This document shows, one piece after another, positions 9,701 to 18,716 of a DNA stretch of 64,000 bases (positions are counted from its first letter, which is position 1; each line of letters begins with the position of its first letter). Source of the stretch: Vulcanimicrobiota bacterium (GTDB taxonomy: Bacteria > Vulcanimicrobiota > Xenobia > Xenobiales > JADMJV01); the NCBI GenBank assembly GCA_050250895.1, contig JBFWNU010000001.1, forward strand, positions 3,392,139 through 3,456,138. Direction: 5' to 3'. The notes under the pieces are model-generated. The model was not told the origin of the DNA. It saw nothing but the letters and a program-made list of their open reading frames with translations, and ran no database searches. The translations under genes and the position numbers were made by a program.

Positions 9701-10321
9701 TCAGGCTTCGACAAAGCGCTTTGCGACTTCTGTCCAGTTGATGATCTTGAAAAACGCGTCGACATAGTCGGCGCGACGGTTCTGGTAGTTGAGATAGTAG
9801 GCGTGCTCCCACACGTCGACGCCGAGCAGGGGAATGTGACCCTTCATATGGGGGCTATCCTGATTGGGAGTCGAGTGGATCTTCAACTCGCCAGCGGCCA
9901 GACACAGCCAGGCCCAACCGCTGCCGAACTGTCCGGTGGCGGCTTCTTTGAACTTCTTCTGAAAACCCTCGAGGTCGCCGAAGTGCTTTTTGATGGCTTG
10001 AGCCAGGGCTCCACCGGGTTTGCTTTCGCCGCCCGGAGCGATGACGTTCCAGAAGAGCGAGTGGTTGGCGTGACCGCCGCCGTTGTTGCGAACGGCTTCG
10101 CGGATATCCTCGGGGATACTGCCGATGTTGCGTAGCAGTTCTTCGACGGTGCGGCCCTGCAGGTCCGAGTGGCCTTCGAGGGCTTTGTTGAGTTTATCGA
10201 CATAACCCTGATGGTGCTTGGTGTGGTGAATCTTCATGGTGGCCGCATCGATCACGGGTTCGAGAGCAGCGTAGTCGTAGCCGAGAGCAGGCAATTGAAA
10301 CTTGGTTTTAGTGGTACTCAT
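9701..10321 (-). CDS. sodA: Superoxide dismutase (Mn/Fe family, Mn-type signature)
   Basis: HHTKHH, NNGGGHANHSLFW, FGSGWAWL, DVWEHAYY; AAAGGAG RBS 8 nt before ATG 10321. Confidence 0.95.
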   Translation of the reverse strand: MSTTKTKFQLPALGYDYAALEPVIDAATMKIHHTKHHQGYVDKLNKALEGHSDLQGRTVEELLRNIGSIPEDIREAVRNNGGGHANHSLFWNVIAPGGESKPGGALAQAIKKHFGDLEGFQKKFKEAATGQFGSGWAWLCLAAGELKIHSTPNQDSPHMKGHIPLLGVDVWEHAYYLNYQNRRADYVDAFFKIINWTEVAKRFVEA

Positions 10322-10419
10322 GGGGTCCACTCCTTTCTAGGTGTACCCGATTATCCTAGCGGCGCGCCGGGGATAGGGTCTTGACCCACTCGGATAGCCC
10401 CCCTCCCCGCTACCGGATA

Positions 10420-10587
10420 TCACGGGCAGCCGGCCGGTGTGCGGAGCGGTCTGACACTGGCCACGAGGTCGGGCTGGTTCACGCGCGCGTTGGCGAGTTC
10501 GCCTTTTCGCTCGATGGCGTAGCCGATGAGGGCCAGCACGAAGAGGTAGAAGACGGCTAGTCCGGCCGAGGCGGTGATAACTAACAT
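10420..10587 (-). CDS. Small single-TM hypothetical protein (55 aa)
   Basis: AAGGAGGT RBS; MLVITASAGLAVFYLFVLALIGYAIERK. Confidence 0.6.
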   Translation of the reverse strand: MLVITASAGLAVFYLFVLALIGYAIERKGELANARVNQPDLVASVRPLRTPAGCP

Positions 10588-10601
10588 GACAACCTCCTTG
10601 A

Positions 10602-10627
10602 GGGGGCCGACCCGCGGGTCGGCCCCC
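10602..10627. terminator. Perfect GC palindrome downstream of the SDR gene
   Basis: GGGGGCCGACCCGCGGGTCGGCCCCC. Confidence 0.5.
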
Positions 10628-10633
10628 AATCTT

Positions 10634-11383
10634 CTAAACTTGAGTGAGTCCGCCGTCGGCCACCAGCTCGGCGCCCACCACGAACGAAGAGTCGCTGCTA
10701 GCTAGGAACAAAGCGGCGGAGGCCAGCTCTTCAGGGCGGCCGAAGCGCTTGAGGGGAATCTCTTGCACGACCTGCTGTTGCCAGGCTTCTTGTTCCTGCT
10801 GGCTCAGTCCGATAGTCTCGAAGATGGGCGTGGCCACCGGGCCCGGGCTGATGGCGTTGACCCGGATGCCGCGGCCGATCAGCTCGGCCGAAAGGGTTCG
10901 AGCCAGTGATCTGAGGGCGGCTTTCGAGGCCGAATAGACGCTGGTGTTGGGCATGCCCGACTGGTTGGCCACCGAGGTGTTGAGCACGATCGAGGCTCCG
11001 TCGGCCAGGTACGGAAGGGCCTTCTGAATGGCGAAGTAAGGGCCTTTGAAGTTGACCTGCAAGAGGTGGTCAAAGTGGGCCTCGTCGACCTGGTCGATGG
11101 GGGCGAAGGCAGCCACGCCCGCGTTGAGGAAGAGCACGTCGACTTTGCCCCAGGCCCGGTCGACCTGGGAGAAAAGCTGGGTGAGATGTTGGGGGTCCGA
11201 GATATCCCCCTGAATGGCCAGGACCTGGTCGCCCAACTCGCCAGCGGCCTGGTCGAGCACTTCCTGGCGGCGCCCGGTGATGGCCACGCGGGCCCCTTCT
11301 TTAAGGAAGAGCCTGGCGGCGGCCAGGCCGATGCCGCTACTGCCTCCGGTGATGACTGCAACTTTGTTTTCAAGTCTACTCAT
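10634..11383 (-). CDS. Short-chain dehydrogenase/reductase (SDR)
   Basis: TGGSSGIG, NAG, YSASK, NAISPG, DGG motifs. Confidence 0.95.
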   Translation of the reverse strand: MSRLENKVAVITGGSSGIGLAAARLFLKEGARVAITGRRQEVLDQAAGELGDQVLAIQGDISDPQHLTQLFSQVDRAWGKVDVLFLNAGVAAFAPIDQVDEAHFDHLLQVNFKGPYFAIQKALPYLADGASIVLNTSVANQSGMPNTSVYSASKAALRSLARTLSAELIGRGIRVNAISPGPVATPIFETIGLSQQEQEAWQQQVVQEIPLKRFGRPEELASAALFLASSDSSFVVGAELVADGGLTQV

Positions 11384-11465
11384 TTGGGAATCCTTTCGGG
11401 ACGGGTTTCGATAGACGCATTCAATCATAGTTGACCGGTCGGTAAAGTGATGTCCGTCACCGTTG

Positions 11466-11507
11466 TGTCAGGTCTGTCTTGACAGTCTCCGGGTCTGGCG
11501 CTAGCAT
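11466..11507 (+). promoter_or_regulatory. Sigma70-type leaderless promoter with an overlapping TGTCA-N9-TGACA dyad
   Basis: TTGACA (11479-84), 17-nt spacer, TAGCAT (11502-07), then 6 nt to ATG 11514. The inverted repeat at 11466-11484 covers the -35. Confidence 0.7.
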
Positions 11508-11513
11508 CGAGAG

Positions 11514-11864
11514 ATGTGGACACTCAAGCAGAGGGCGATGGCCTGCTCGTTTTGCGGGCACGACGAGAAGACCGTAGCCAAGCTGATCGCCGGCCCCCCG
11601 GGTATCTTTATTTGTGGCGGCTGCGTCGGATTGTGCCAGCAGGTGCTCAGGGGCGACGCCACTCCGGATTTCTCCCGGCTCGACCAACTTTCTGAACTCG
11701 AACTGTTGGCGTCGCTCAAGGCGACCCAGGATTGCGTAGCCGCCGTCGAGGGGATGCTGGCCGAACGGGTCGCGCAACTGCGTCTGCGGGGAGTAGCCTG
11801 GCAAGAGATCGGCCAGGCTTTGGGAATTTCGCGCCAGGCCGCCTGGGAACGATTTCGAGTTTAA
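11514..11864 (+). CDS. ClpX C4-type zinc-finger protein with C-terminal HTH
   Basis: CSFCG...KLIAGP..FIC..CV.LC; WQEIGQALGISRQAAWERF. Confidence 0.85.
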   Translation: MWTLKQRAMACSFCGHDEKTVAKLIAGPPGIFICGGCVGLCQQVLRGDATPDFSRLDQLSELELLASLKATQDCVAAVEGMLAERVAQLRLRGVAWQEIGQALGISRQAAWERFRV

Positions 11865-12050
11865 CTCACCTGATGCGCGATCAAACCTCGTCTTGCGACG
11901 CTATCACGCCCAACTGCTGCGTCGCGGTCACCACTGCGGTGCGCCCCTCCGGGAGCTTCGCAGCCAATACAACCTGGTATTATCCGCTCCTCGCATTTGA
12001 ACGCGCTATCGCCGCAATCCTTCGCCCCGGCTACGCATCAGGCGGCTTTA
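11862..12050. mobile_element. MITE-like / ERIC-like non-coding hairpin element
   Basis: TA-flanked imperfect TIRs (TAACTCACCTGATGCG ... CGCATCAGGCGGCTTTA) and an internal imperfect inverted pair (TTGCGACGCTATCACGCCCAACTGC / GCATTTGAACGCGCTATCGCCGCAA). Confidence 0.5.
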
Positions 12051-12085
12051 ACGAACTTGTGACCGGCTGTGGTTAGCCTCATCCG

Positions 12086-12766
12086 GTGAGCAACATCGAC
12101 ATTCATCTCAAGATCGACCGCCACCGGTCGGGTAACACTCGCATCCACGGCCGCGTGGGGGCCGACCAGCACGACGTCAACGTCTGGAAAGGTCCACAAC
12201 CTGGCGATGCCTACATCGAGGGACGCCAGAACGGGCAGCCCACCACGCTGCGCATCAACGGTGCCTTTTCGGACAGTGGCCAGGCCATTTTCGGCCGGGT
12301 GGCCGGAGTGCCGTTCAAAGGCAACTGGGCTCAGCAAGAGAGCGACGGCGACGCCCGGCTCGACCTGAACAAAGCCAATCTGACCATCGACAATGATCCC
12401 GCTGCCGGGACCACCGAGTCAAAAGGGACCGCTGTCAAGAGCAGCGGCAAAGTGGTCAACGCCGAAGGCGACGAAGAATTGACCCTTTTGGCTGACGGCC
12501 GCCGTATCAATCTTAGCGTGGACCGACAGCCGGGCGGCAACATCGAACTGCGCGGCCGCAGTGGAGACGGAAATTTTCGTGTCACCATGCGCCGCCACGG
12601 CCGCGAAGGCGACCTTCAGGTCGACGGTAGCTTGCCCGAGAACCTGGCTTTGCTACCCGTCATGTGGGAACTCTACGGCGACGACTCGGTCGAACCGCCG
12701 GCCAAGCCCCTGACCATGGGGGCGGCGGCAACCTTGAGCGCGTTCTGGGACACGCACCTGCGTTAG
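12086..12766 (+). CDS. Hypothetical beta-rich protein
   Basis: 226-aa ORF with typical codon usage; TAGCCT -10 element 6 nt before GTG. Confidence 0.7.
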   Translation: MSNIDIHLKIDRHRSGNTRIHGRVGADQHDVNVWKGPQPGDAYIEGRQNGQPTTLRINGAFSDSGQAIFGRVAGVPFKGNWAQQESDGDARLDLNKANLTIDNDPAAGTTESKGTAVKSSGKVVNAEGDEELTLLADGRRINLSVDRQPGGNIELRGRSGDGNFRVTMRRHGREGDLQVDGSLPENLALLPVMWELYGDDSVEPPAKPLTMGAAATLSAFWDTHLR

Positions 12767-14280
12767 CGCGGCGGGGGAGTGCCCACCAGCGACGGGTCCC
12801 AGAAATCGCCCGACTCATAGATGTGGCGCACCTGGCAGTAGATGAGCAGCGATTTGCTCACCGCCTCGGAGGCGGGCGTGCCTCGCCAGCGCAGACTCTG
12901 CTCTGTTAGCCGGCGCTCGCCATCACCTCGTTTGCGTAGCCGGTCCAAGAGCTGCAAAGCTACGGTCGACACTCCGGCTTCGGGACGGCAAGCTACGACC
13001 GGAGCGGGCCGCCCCACCAGCAGGCGCGCCATGGCTTCCAGCCGGCGCCCGTAGTTGTCGGGAGCATACAGATTGTTGGCCAGCCATCGTTGCCCCTCGA
13101 CCAGTTGCTCGAGTGAGAAACCAGCGGGCTTGATGTTGGTCTGCCAGGGCCAGCCGAAGGCCACCTCGCGATCCTCCAGTCGCCCCTCGCGTCGGAGCCG
13201 GGCGTAAAGCGGGGTGCCCATCGGGGCCACCAGGCTAGAAAGAGTGAAAAGTGGCACGGGCGACTCCTGGGCGAAGGCAAATTGCCGCTCGAAAATGCTG
13301 GGGTCGTCGTTGTCAAAGCCGACCATCATTCCGGCGTGGACCAGAATTCCGTGCTCGAGAAATCGGCTGATGTCGGCGATCAAATCCCTCCCGACGTTCT
13401 GTCGTTTGCCGGTTTCTCGAAGGCTCGCCTCGTTAGGCGTTTCGACTCCGATGAAGACTTCACTCAGACCGGCCGAAGCCGCCAGTTCGAGCAGTTGGGG
13501 ATCGCGGGCAGCGTCGATCGAGGCCTGAGTTGCCAGCAGCACAAAGTTGCCTCGGCGCCGATTCCAGTCGCGAACCGCCTCGAGCACCTCGCGCGCCCGG
13601 GCGCGATGCACCAGGAAATTGTCGTCGCAGACGAAGACCCGCGAGGCCCCGGCTGCGAGCAGCCCGTCGAGTTCTTGCAAGATGTTGGCCACCGGCTTAA
13701 ACCGCTGACGGCGGCCCAGATACTGAATGACATCACAGAACTCACATTGGAACGGACATCCTCGCGACGTCTGAAGAGCCCCCAGCCGGGCGCGTTTGAC
13801 CAGGTCGCGGCTCCATCGCGGGATAGGACTGGTCTCTAACTCGGGTCGCGTCCCCAGATAGGTGTCCCCGGCCTGACCCCGAGCCAGATCCGAAAAGAGC
13901 CCCTCGGCGATCTCTTCGATCTCTCCGGTCACCAGCACATCGCAATGATCGCGCACCGCTTCAGGATCGAGGGTGACCCCGGGACCCCCCATAACGACGG
14001 TTAGTCCCCGTCGGCGATAGCTGTCGCCGAGGGCCCGCATGCGAGGCAACTGGCTCGACTTGCCGGTGATGGCCACCACCGAGCCGTCAAAGTCGAGAGA
14101 GGCGGGGGTAAGGCGCTCGTCGCACACATGCACCTCGAAGAACGGTTCGGCCATGCTGGTCAGGGTGGGCAACACCAGGTCGGCGATGGCGGCCAGGGGC
14201 GTGGCTCCCCACTCGCGGGCGCAGTCAAGCTCGAAGAACGAGGGGGGAGCGGACGGGTTGATCAGGTAAAGGCTAGGCAC
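12763..14280 (-). CDS. B12-binding radical SAM enzyme (HpnP/DUF4070-like putative methyltransferase)
   Basis: LYLINP N-terminus, MGGPGVT, QTSRGCPFQCEFC (CxxxCxxC), DDNF, GVET, GFDND. GTG 14280 overlaps the upstream stop. Confidence 0.9.
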   Translation of the reverse strand: MPSLYLINPSAPPSFFELDCAREWGATPLAAIADLVLPTLTSMAEPFFEVHVCDERLTPASLDFDGSVVAITGKSSQLPRMRALGDSYRRRGLTVVMGGPGVTLDPEAVRDHCDVLVTGEIEEIAEGLFSDLARGQAGDTYLGTRPELETSPIPRWSRDLVKRARLGALQTSRGCPFQCEFCDVIQYLGRRQRFKPVANILQELDGLLAAGASRVFVCDDNFLVHRARAREVLEAVRDWNRRRGNFVLLATQASIDAARDPQLLELAASAGLSEVFIGVETPNEASLRETGKRQNVGRDLIADISRFLEHGILVHAGMMVGFDNDDPSIFERQFAFAQESPVPLFTLSSLVAPMGTPLYARLRREGRLEDREVAFGWPWQTNIKPAGFSLEQLVEGQRWLANNLYAPDNYGRRLEAMARLLVGRPAPVVACRPEAGVSTVALQLLDRLRKRGDGERRLTEQSLRWRGTPASEAVSKSLLIYCQVRHIYESGDFWDPSLVGTPPPR

Positions 14281-16996
14281 CGAGAGTCCCCAATATCCTG
14301 AGATGGTGTTCCAGGGCCCTGGGGCGCAGAGACGCCACCACATCGGGCCAGCGAAGTTCCAGATTCAGGGCCAGGGAACGGGTCAGAAACTCGACTCGTT
14401 CGTCGACCGTTCCGTAGGCGGGCTGGGCCACTTCGACGAATTCGCCGCGGACCTGACCGGTGGGGGTAATCTGGGGATAGAAGGCCAGCAGTCGGGCCCC
14501 CGTTTCGACCGCCAGACGGGCGGCGCCCGAGCGAAACACGCGCCTTCGCCCACGAAATGCGACCACCACCCCGTCTTCACCGTCGTCCCAATCCACGGCC
14601 ACCACTGCCACCCCTGCGCGGGAAAGTGCTCGTCGAGCCAGGTCCAACTGAATGAGGGACTCGGCGGTGGGATGCTGGGCGGGGTAGCCGAGTTGGCGTC
14701 GGGCCATCGTGCCCAGGCGGCCCACCGCCGCCAGGGGTCGGCCGGGGAAGGCCTCAGGGCCTAGCAGCAGGGGATTGAGCCGCGAATGGACGATGGCTAA
14801 CACCGTTCCCCCTTCGGGCTCACTCCAGCCGCAGGCTGTAGTCCACTCGCTAGAGATGGCGTGGCGCCGCCATCGTGACCAGGTGTTGGCCAGCATGAAG
14901 CGGGTCAGTAGCGGGCTCCAGGGTTGCTCCACCTGGCTGACTTCGAGCAGTTGACGCAAAAGACCGAGCTCGGACCTCCACAGCCTGGTTGCCAGCCAGG
15001 GCTGGCTCAGCAGCCTGGTCAGCAGCCACGATCCCGCGGCATAAGGCAGAACCAGTCGACCCCATTGGGGTCCTCGTTCCCGCACCAGAGAAAGCCAGTT
15101 TTTGGCGGGCTTGTGTGGCCGTCCCGGGGGCGGGGCAGAAGGCGGTTGCATCGGGGGTGATTGGCCCATCACTAGAGCCACCAATCCATTCACGGTAGGT
15201 TCCTCGGCCAGGGCCTCAACAGAAATCTCCACCGCCAATTGAGCCTCGAGACTCCAGATCAGATCCACCAGCGCGAGCGAGTCCAGGCCAACCGTCAGCA
15301 GATTAGCGTCGGCGTCCAGGGATTGACCCGTCTTGCTCTCGAGAACCCTGAGCACGTAGCGGACCAGGCTCTGGGGCGTTCGCTGGCGGGGAAGAGTGGG
15401 CTGGGTCGGGCCCCACCCCCTTAGCAGGTATGCTGCTCGGCAGGCTTGACGACGGAGTTTGCCGCTGGTGGTTACCTCGAGAAAGCCGGCTTCGACCAGG
15501 CGAACATCGGCCAGAACCAACCCGTGATGGTGCCAGATGGCGTGGCGCAAGTCGGCAGCCAGGAGCTCTTGCTGGGGGGGCGACAAAGATGACCGGCGTA
15601 GCTCGCCGATGAGCACCGCCGACTCGGTCGACTCACCGCCAGCCCGGATGCCGACCACGGCGACCCGCCGCAATCGATTTCCGCCAGCCTGCAGGGCTGT
15701 GTCTTCGAGGGGAGCGGGCGGGAAGTTGCGGCCTCCGCAGATGAGCATATCATCTTGACGTCCCACCACGTAAAGTTGACCGTTCTCGCAATAGCCGCGG
15801 TCGCCGGTGTGAAGCCAGCCGTCCTCGATGACCGCCGGTCCGTCCTCGAGATAGCCCGCCATGAGCGAGTGGGACCGGACCAGAATTTCTCCTGGTTGGC
15901 CATCCGAAACCATGCCGTGTTCTCCCCAAATGGCCACCTGGTTGCCCGGCAGGGCCGGACCGCAACTGACGACATCGTGGTCGTTCACCAGCATTCCGCC
16001 GTCGCTGATGGTCACCGCACAAGTGGCCTCGGCCAGGCCGTAGCCGGCTCGAAAGGTCTCGGGACGAGCGCCGAAGGCTGCAAATTTTTGCCAGAAGTTG
16101 CGCATGGTTTCTGCTTGGATCGGCTCTCCTCCATTGGCTACGATCCTCAGACTGCTCAGGTCAAGACCCGCCAGGTCCCGGGCTCGTGACCTGGTGGTGG
16201 CGTGATGATAGCCCCAGTTCGGCATGAAGATCATGCTGCCCGAGAATTCGCTGACGGCGCGAAACAGCAGCGAGGGGTTGCGCACCCACCGGGTGGGTGG
16301 CAGGGTGACCAGACGACCCCCGACTAAAAGCGGCATCAACAGATTCACCACCAGTCCAGCGTCGTGGTACCAGGGCATCCACCCTACCGCCACGTCGTCA
16401 AGGCCGAACGGAAAGGTGCGGGCCACGCAGTCGACCTGGCTCAACAGAGCGTGGGCCGAGATGAGCACGCACTTCGAGGCGCCGCTGGTGCCGCTGGTGA
16501 ACTGCAAGAAGGCCGGCTCGGTGGCGGCTACCCTTCGGCCTTGAGCCTGCCGCTCGGGCAACCTGGCCGGGTCAAACTCGAGCACCGGGCAGGCTGCCTC
16601 AAGCTCGGCCCCGGGGGCGGCCACGACCGCCCGAATCGAGTATTTCTCCACCCGGGCAGCCAGGGTCGGCCCATAGACATCGGTGCGCCGGTATTGCGAG
16701 AGGTAGGGCAGGACAGCGGGAACCATCCCGGCGTAGAGGGCGCCCAGGAAGGCCAGGATCATGGCCAGGTCGTGCTCGCCCGCCAACAAGACGCGGCTGC
16801 CCGGCTCGAGACCGGCCGCCTCGAACCAGGCTGCGCTCCGGCGCACCCGTTGCAGCAACTGCCGATAGCTGACTTTTTCCTCGAGGTCTGGCTTGGGTAG
16901 TGACACCACTCCCCAGCTTCTGAGATCAGGCTCATCCCAGCGATCCAGAAGGTCGGCCAGGGGCGTGTCACAGTCGCCCCGAAGGCCGTGGGGCAT
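14273..16996 (-). CDS. Fatty acyl-AMP ligase-ACP-acyltransferase fusion
   Basis: LQFTSGTSG, WMPWYHDAGL, GYGLAEAT, LHTGD, TTSGKLRR (FAAL); GLDSLA (ACP Ser); C-terminal domain resembling lipid A/HtrB acyltransferases (VAFRGRRRVFRSGAARLAVETGA). Confidence 0.85.
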   Translation of the reverse strand: MPHGLRGDCDTPLADLLDRWDEPDLRSWGVVSLPKPDLEEKVSYRQLLQRVRRSAAWFEAAGLEPGSRVLLAGEHDLAMILAFLGALYAGMVPAVLPYLSQYRRTDVYGPTLAARVEKYSIRAVVAAPGAELEAACPVLEFDPARLPERQAQGRRVAATEPAFLQFTSGTSGASKCVLISAHALLSQVDCVARTFPFGLDDVAVGWMPWYHDAGLVVNLLMPLLVGGRLVTLPPTRWVRNPSLLFRAVSEFSGSMIFMPNWGYHHATTRSRARDLAGLDLSSLRIVANGGEPIQAETMRNFWQKFAAFGARPETFRAGYGLAEATCAVTISDGGMLVNDHDVVSCGPALPGNQVAIWGEHGMVSDGQPGEILVRSHSLMAGYLEDGPAVIEDGWLHTGDRGYCENGQLYVVGRQDDMLICGGRNFPPAPLEDTALQAGGNRLRRVAVVGIRAGGESTESAVLIGELRRSSLSPPQQELLAADLRHAIWHHHGLVLADVRLVEAGFLEVTTSGKLRRQACRAAYLLRGWGPTQPTLPRQRTPQSLVRYVLRVLESKTGQSLDADANLLTVGLDSLALVDLIWSLEAQLAVEISVEALAEEPTVNGLVALVMGQSPPMQPPSAPPPGRPHKPAKNWLSLVRERGPQWGRLVLPYAAGSWLLTRLLSQPWLATRLWRSELGLLRQLLEVSQVEQPWSPLLTRFMLANTWSRWRRHAISSEWTTACGWSEPEGGTVLAIVHSRLNPLLLGPEAFPGRPLAAVGRLGTMARRQLGYPAQHPTAESLIQLDLARRALSRAGVAVVAVDWDDGEDGVVVAFRGRRRVFRSGAARLAVETGARLLAFYPQITPTGQVRGEFVEVAQPAYGTVDERVEFLTRSLALNLELRWPDVVASLRPRALEHHLRILGTLGA

Positions 16997-18716
16997 GCTG
17001 GATTGCCTGGTCACCGTCTCGTCACGAGATTTTCTAGTGGGTACGATGGTGATGTTGGGATCATTTGTCCGCCACCATCCGGACTTCGTCGGGGAGCTGA
17101 TGGTGGTCCATGACGATCTCGACCCAGAGCAGCAAGAATGGTTGCAGCAACGGATTGGAAGGGCGGTCGGCTTCGTCCCTGCCGACCCTTCCCTGGTGGG
17201 TGCCACCGCTCTGTTGCGGCACCGATTGGCGCGATTTGAGCGACGTTATCGTCAGTTCTACTCATTGCAGGCAATTTCACTCGAGGGCTACCGAAAGGTA
17301 ATCTTCTGCGACAGTGACACCCTTTTCCTTGCGCCCGTCCGGGACCTCTTCCAAGAGTCGTCCGAGTTGTTGGCCTGCCGGGATCGGATGACCATCCTGG
17401 GCCAACGCCGCTGCCGTAGAACCTTCGAGCCGGCTCCGCACAATGCGTTTGAAGCGACCTTCAATGCGGGTTTCATGGTATTCGATGGCAGCCGGCTCGG
17501 GGCCCCGGTCTTCGAGTCGGCTCTACGCTGGCTACGCCCAGAAATTCTGGCTGAGGTGCCGAATCACACCGATCAGTTTGTCCTGAATCATCTTTATGAG
17601 GGACGGGTCCACTGGCTCAGCAATCGATACAATTTCTTGCTGTCGGTGGCCCAAGAGCTTTTTGGCCAGGGGGGCCTCGAGGCGTCGCAGGTGCGAGTGG
17701 TTCACTTTGCCGGCAACGACGCGACTCCCTGGACCGACTATCAAGCGACACCCCCAACTCGGGTCTTCTATGAGGCCTGGCACCAACTGGCCGACGAGCT
17801 GCTTCGGGTCGGCTTGTCGGCGTATTCCAACCCGCAAGGCCCGGGTGGGAACTACCTGGCCCACGGCCTGGTCTGGCGGTCTGAGGTGCCCCTCGAGGCG
17901 CCCCGGACCGGCAGGCCGCCTGACGTAAGAATTCGTTGGGGAGCGACGCCTGAACCTGATGCCAGTTGGAAGCGACTTCCTTATGGCTGGGCCAAACCCG
18001 ACCAGTTTCTGGCCATCACCCCTGGGGGCGGACGCCTGTGGGTCTCTCGGGGCCAAGAGATTTGTCTCGACCAGCAGTCAGAGGACCCGCAGCTATTCTG
18101 GCTCTATTTGGTGGGCCTGGCTACCGGGGCTCTGTTGCTCGAGCGGGGTGAGTTGGTCCTGCATGGAGATGCCGTGGTGCTCGACGACCGGGCCGTGGTT
18201 TTAGGCGGACCGTCAGGTTGCGGCAAGTCCACGCTGGCCTGTCAGTTGGGCGGCCGTCTGCTTTGCGACGACGTGACGGTGGTGCGCAACAGCCCCGCCG
18301 GTCTGACCGTGTTGGCGGGCCTGGGGCCGCTTAAACCTCGGCTGCTTGGCCTGGCCAAGAACGGCCATCCGGCGCAAGAGGTCTTGAGCGGCCGGCCTGC
18401 CCGAGCGGCTATCCCCATCGAGCCGGCAGGTTCCCAGTTTCCGCTGGCGGCAGTCTATCTCCTCGACCAGCCCCCGGCCAGGATCCGGGGAGCGCGCCTG
18501 GCGGCCCTGGCCAAGACGCTGTTCTATCGGCCCGAACTGGCCGCCGCCCTGGGGCGCGCTCGGGAGAACTTCGACCACTTGCAGACTCTAGCCAGGACCC
18601 GGGTGGTGGGGCTCGAGTCCGCCGACCCGGCCGAGCAATCCAGGCGTATTCTTGCCGACCTGGAAGGAAAGATTTTCTGTCCCCCCGAGGAAGAGAGCGG
18701 CCATGGCCTGGTTTGA
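16995..18716 (+). CDS. GT8 glycosyltransferase fused to an HPr-kinase-like (lasso-peptide kinase type) domain
   Basis: GT8 motifs CDSD, FNAGFMV, DQFVLN, YNF, HFAG; kinase motifs LHGDAV, GPSGCGKST, CDD. Confidence 0.85.
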   Translation: MLDCLVTVSSRDFLVGTMVMLGSFVRHHPDFVGELMVVHDDLDPEQQEWLQQRIGRAVGFVPADPSLVGATALLRHRLARFERRYRQFYSLQAISLEGYRKVIFCDSDTLFLAPVRDLFQESSELLACRDRMTILGQRRCRRTFEPAPHNAFEATFNAGFMVFDGSRLGAPVFESALRWLRPEILAEVPNHTDQFVLNHLYEGRVHWLSNRYNFLLSVAQELFGQGGLEASQVRVVHFAGNDATPWTDYQATPPTRVFYEAWHQLADELLRVGLSAYSNPQGPGGNYLAHGLVWRSEVPLEAPRTGRPPDVRIRWGATPEPDASWKRLPYGWAKPDQFLAITPGGGRLWVSRGQEICLDQQSEDPQLFWLYLVGLATGALLLERGELVLHGDAVVLDDRAVVLGGPSGCGKSTLACQLGGRLLCDDVTVVRNSPAGLTVLAGLGPLKPRLLGLAKNGHPAQEVLSGRPARAAIPIEPAGSQFPLAAVYLLDQPPARIRGARLAALAKTLFYRPELAAALGRARENFDHLQTLARTRVVGLESADPAEQSRRILADLEGKIFCPPEEESGHGLV

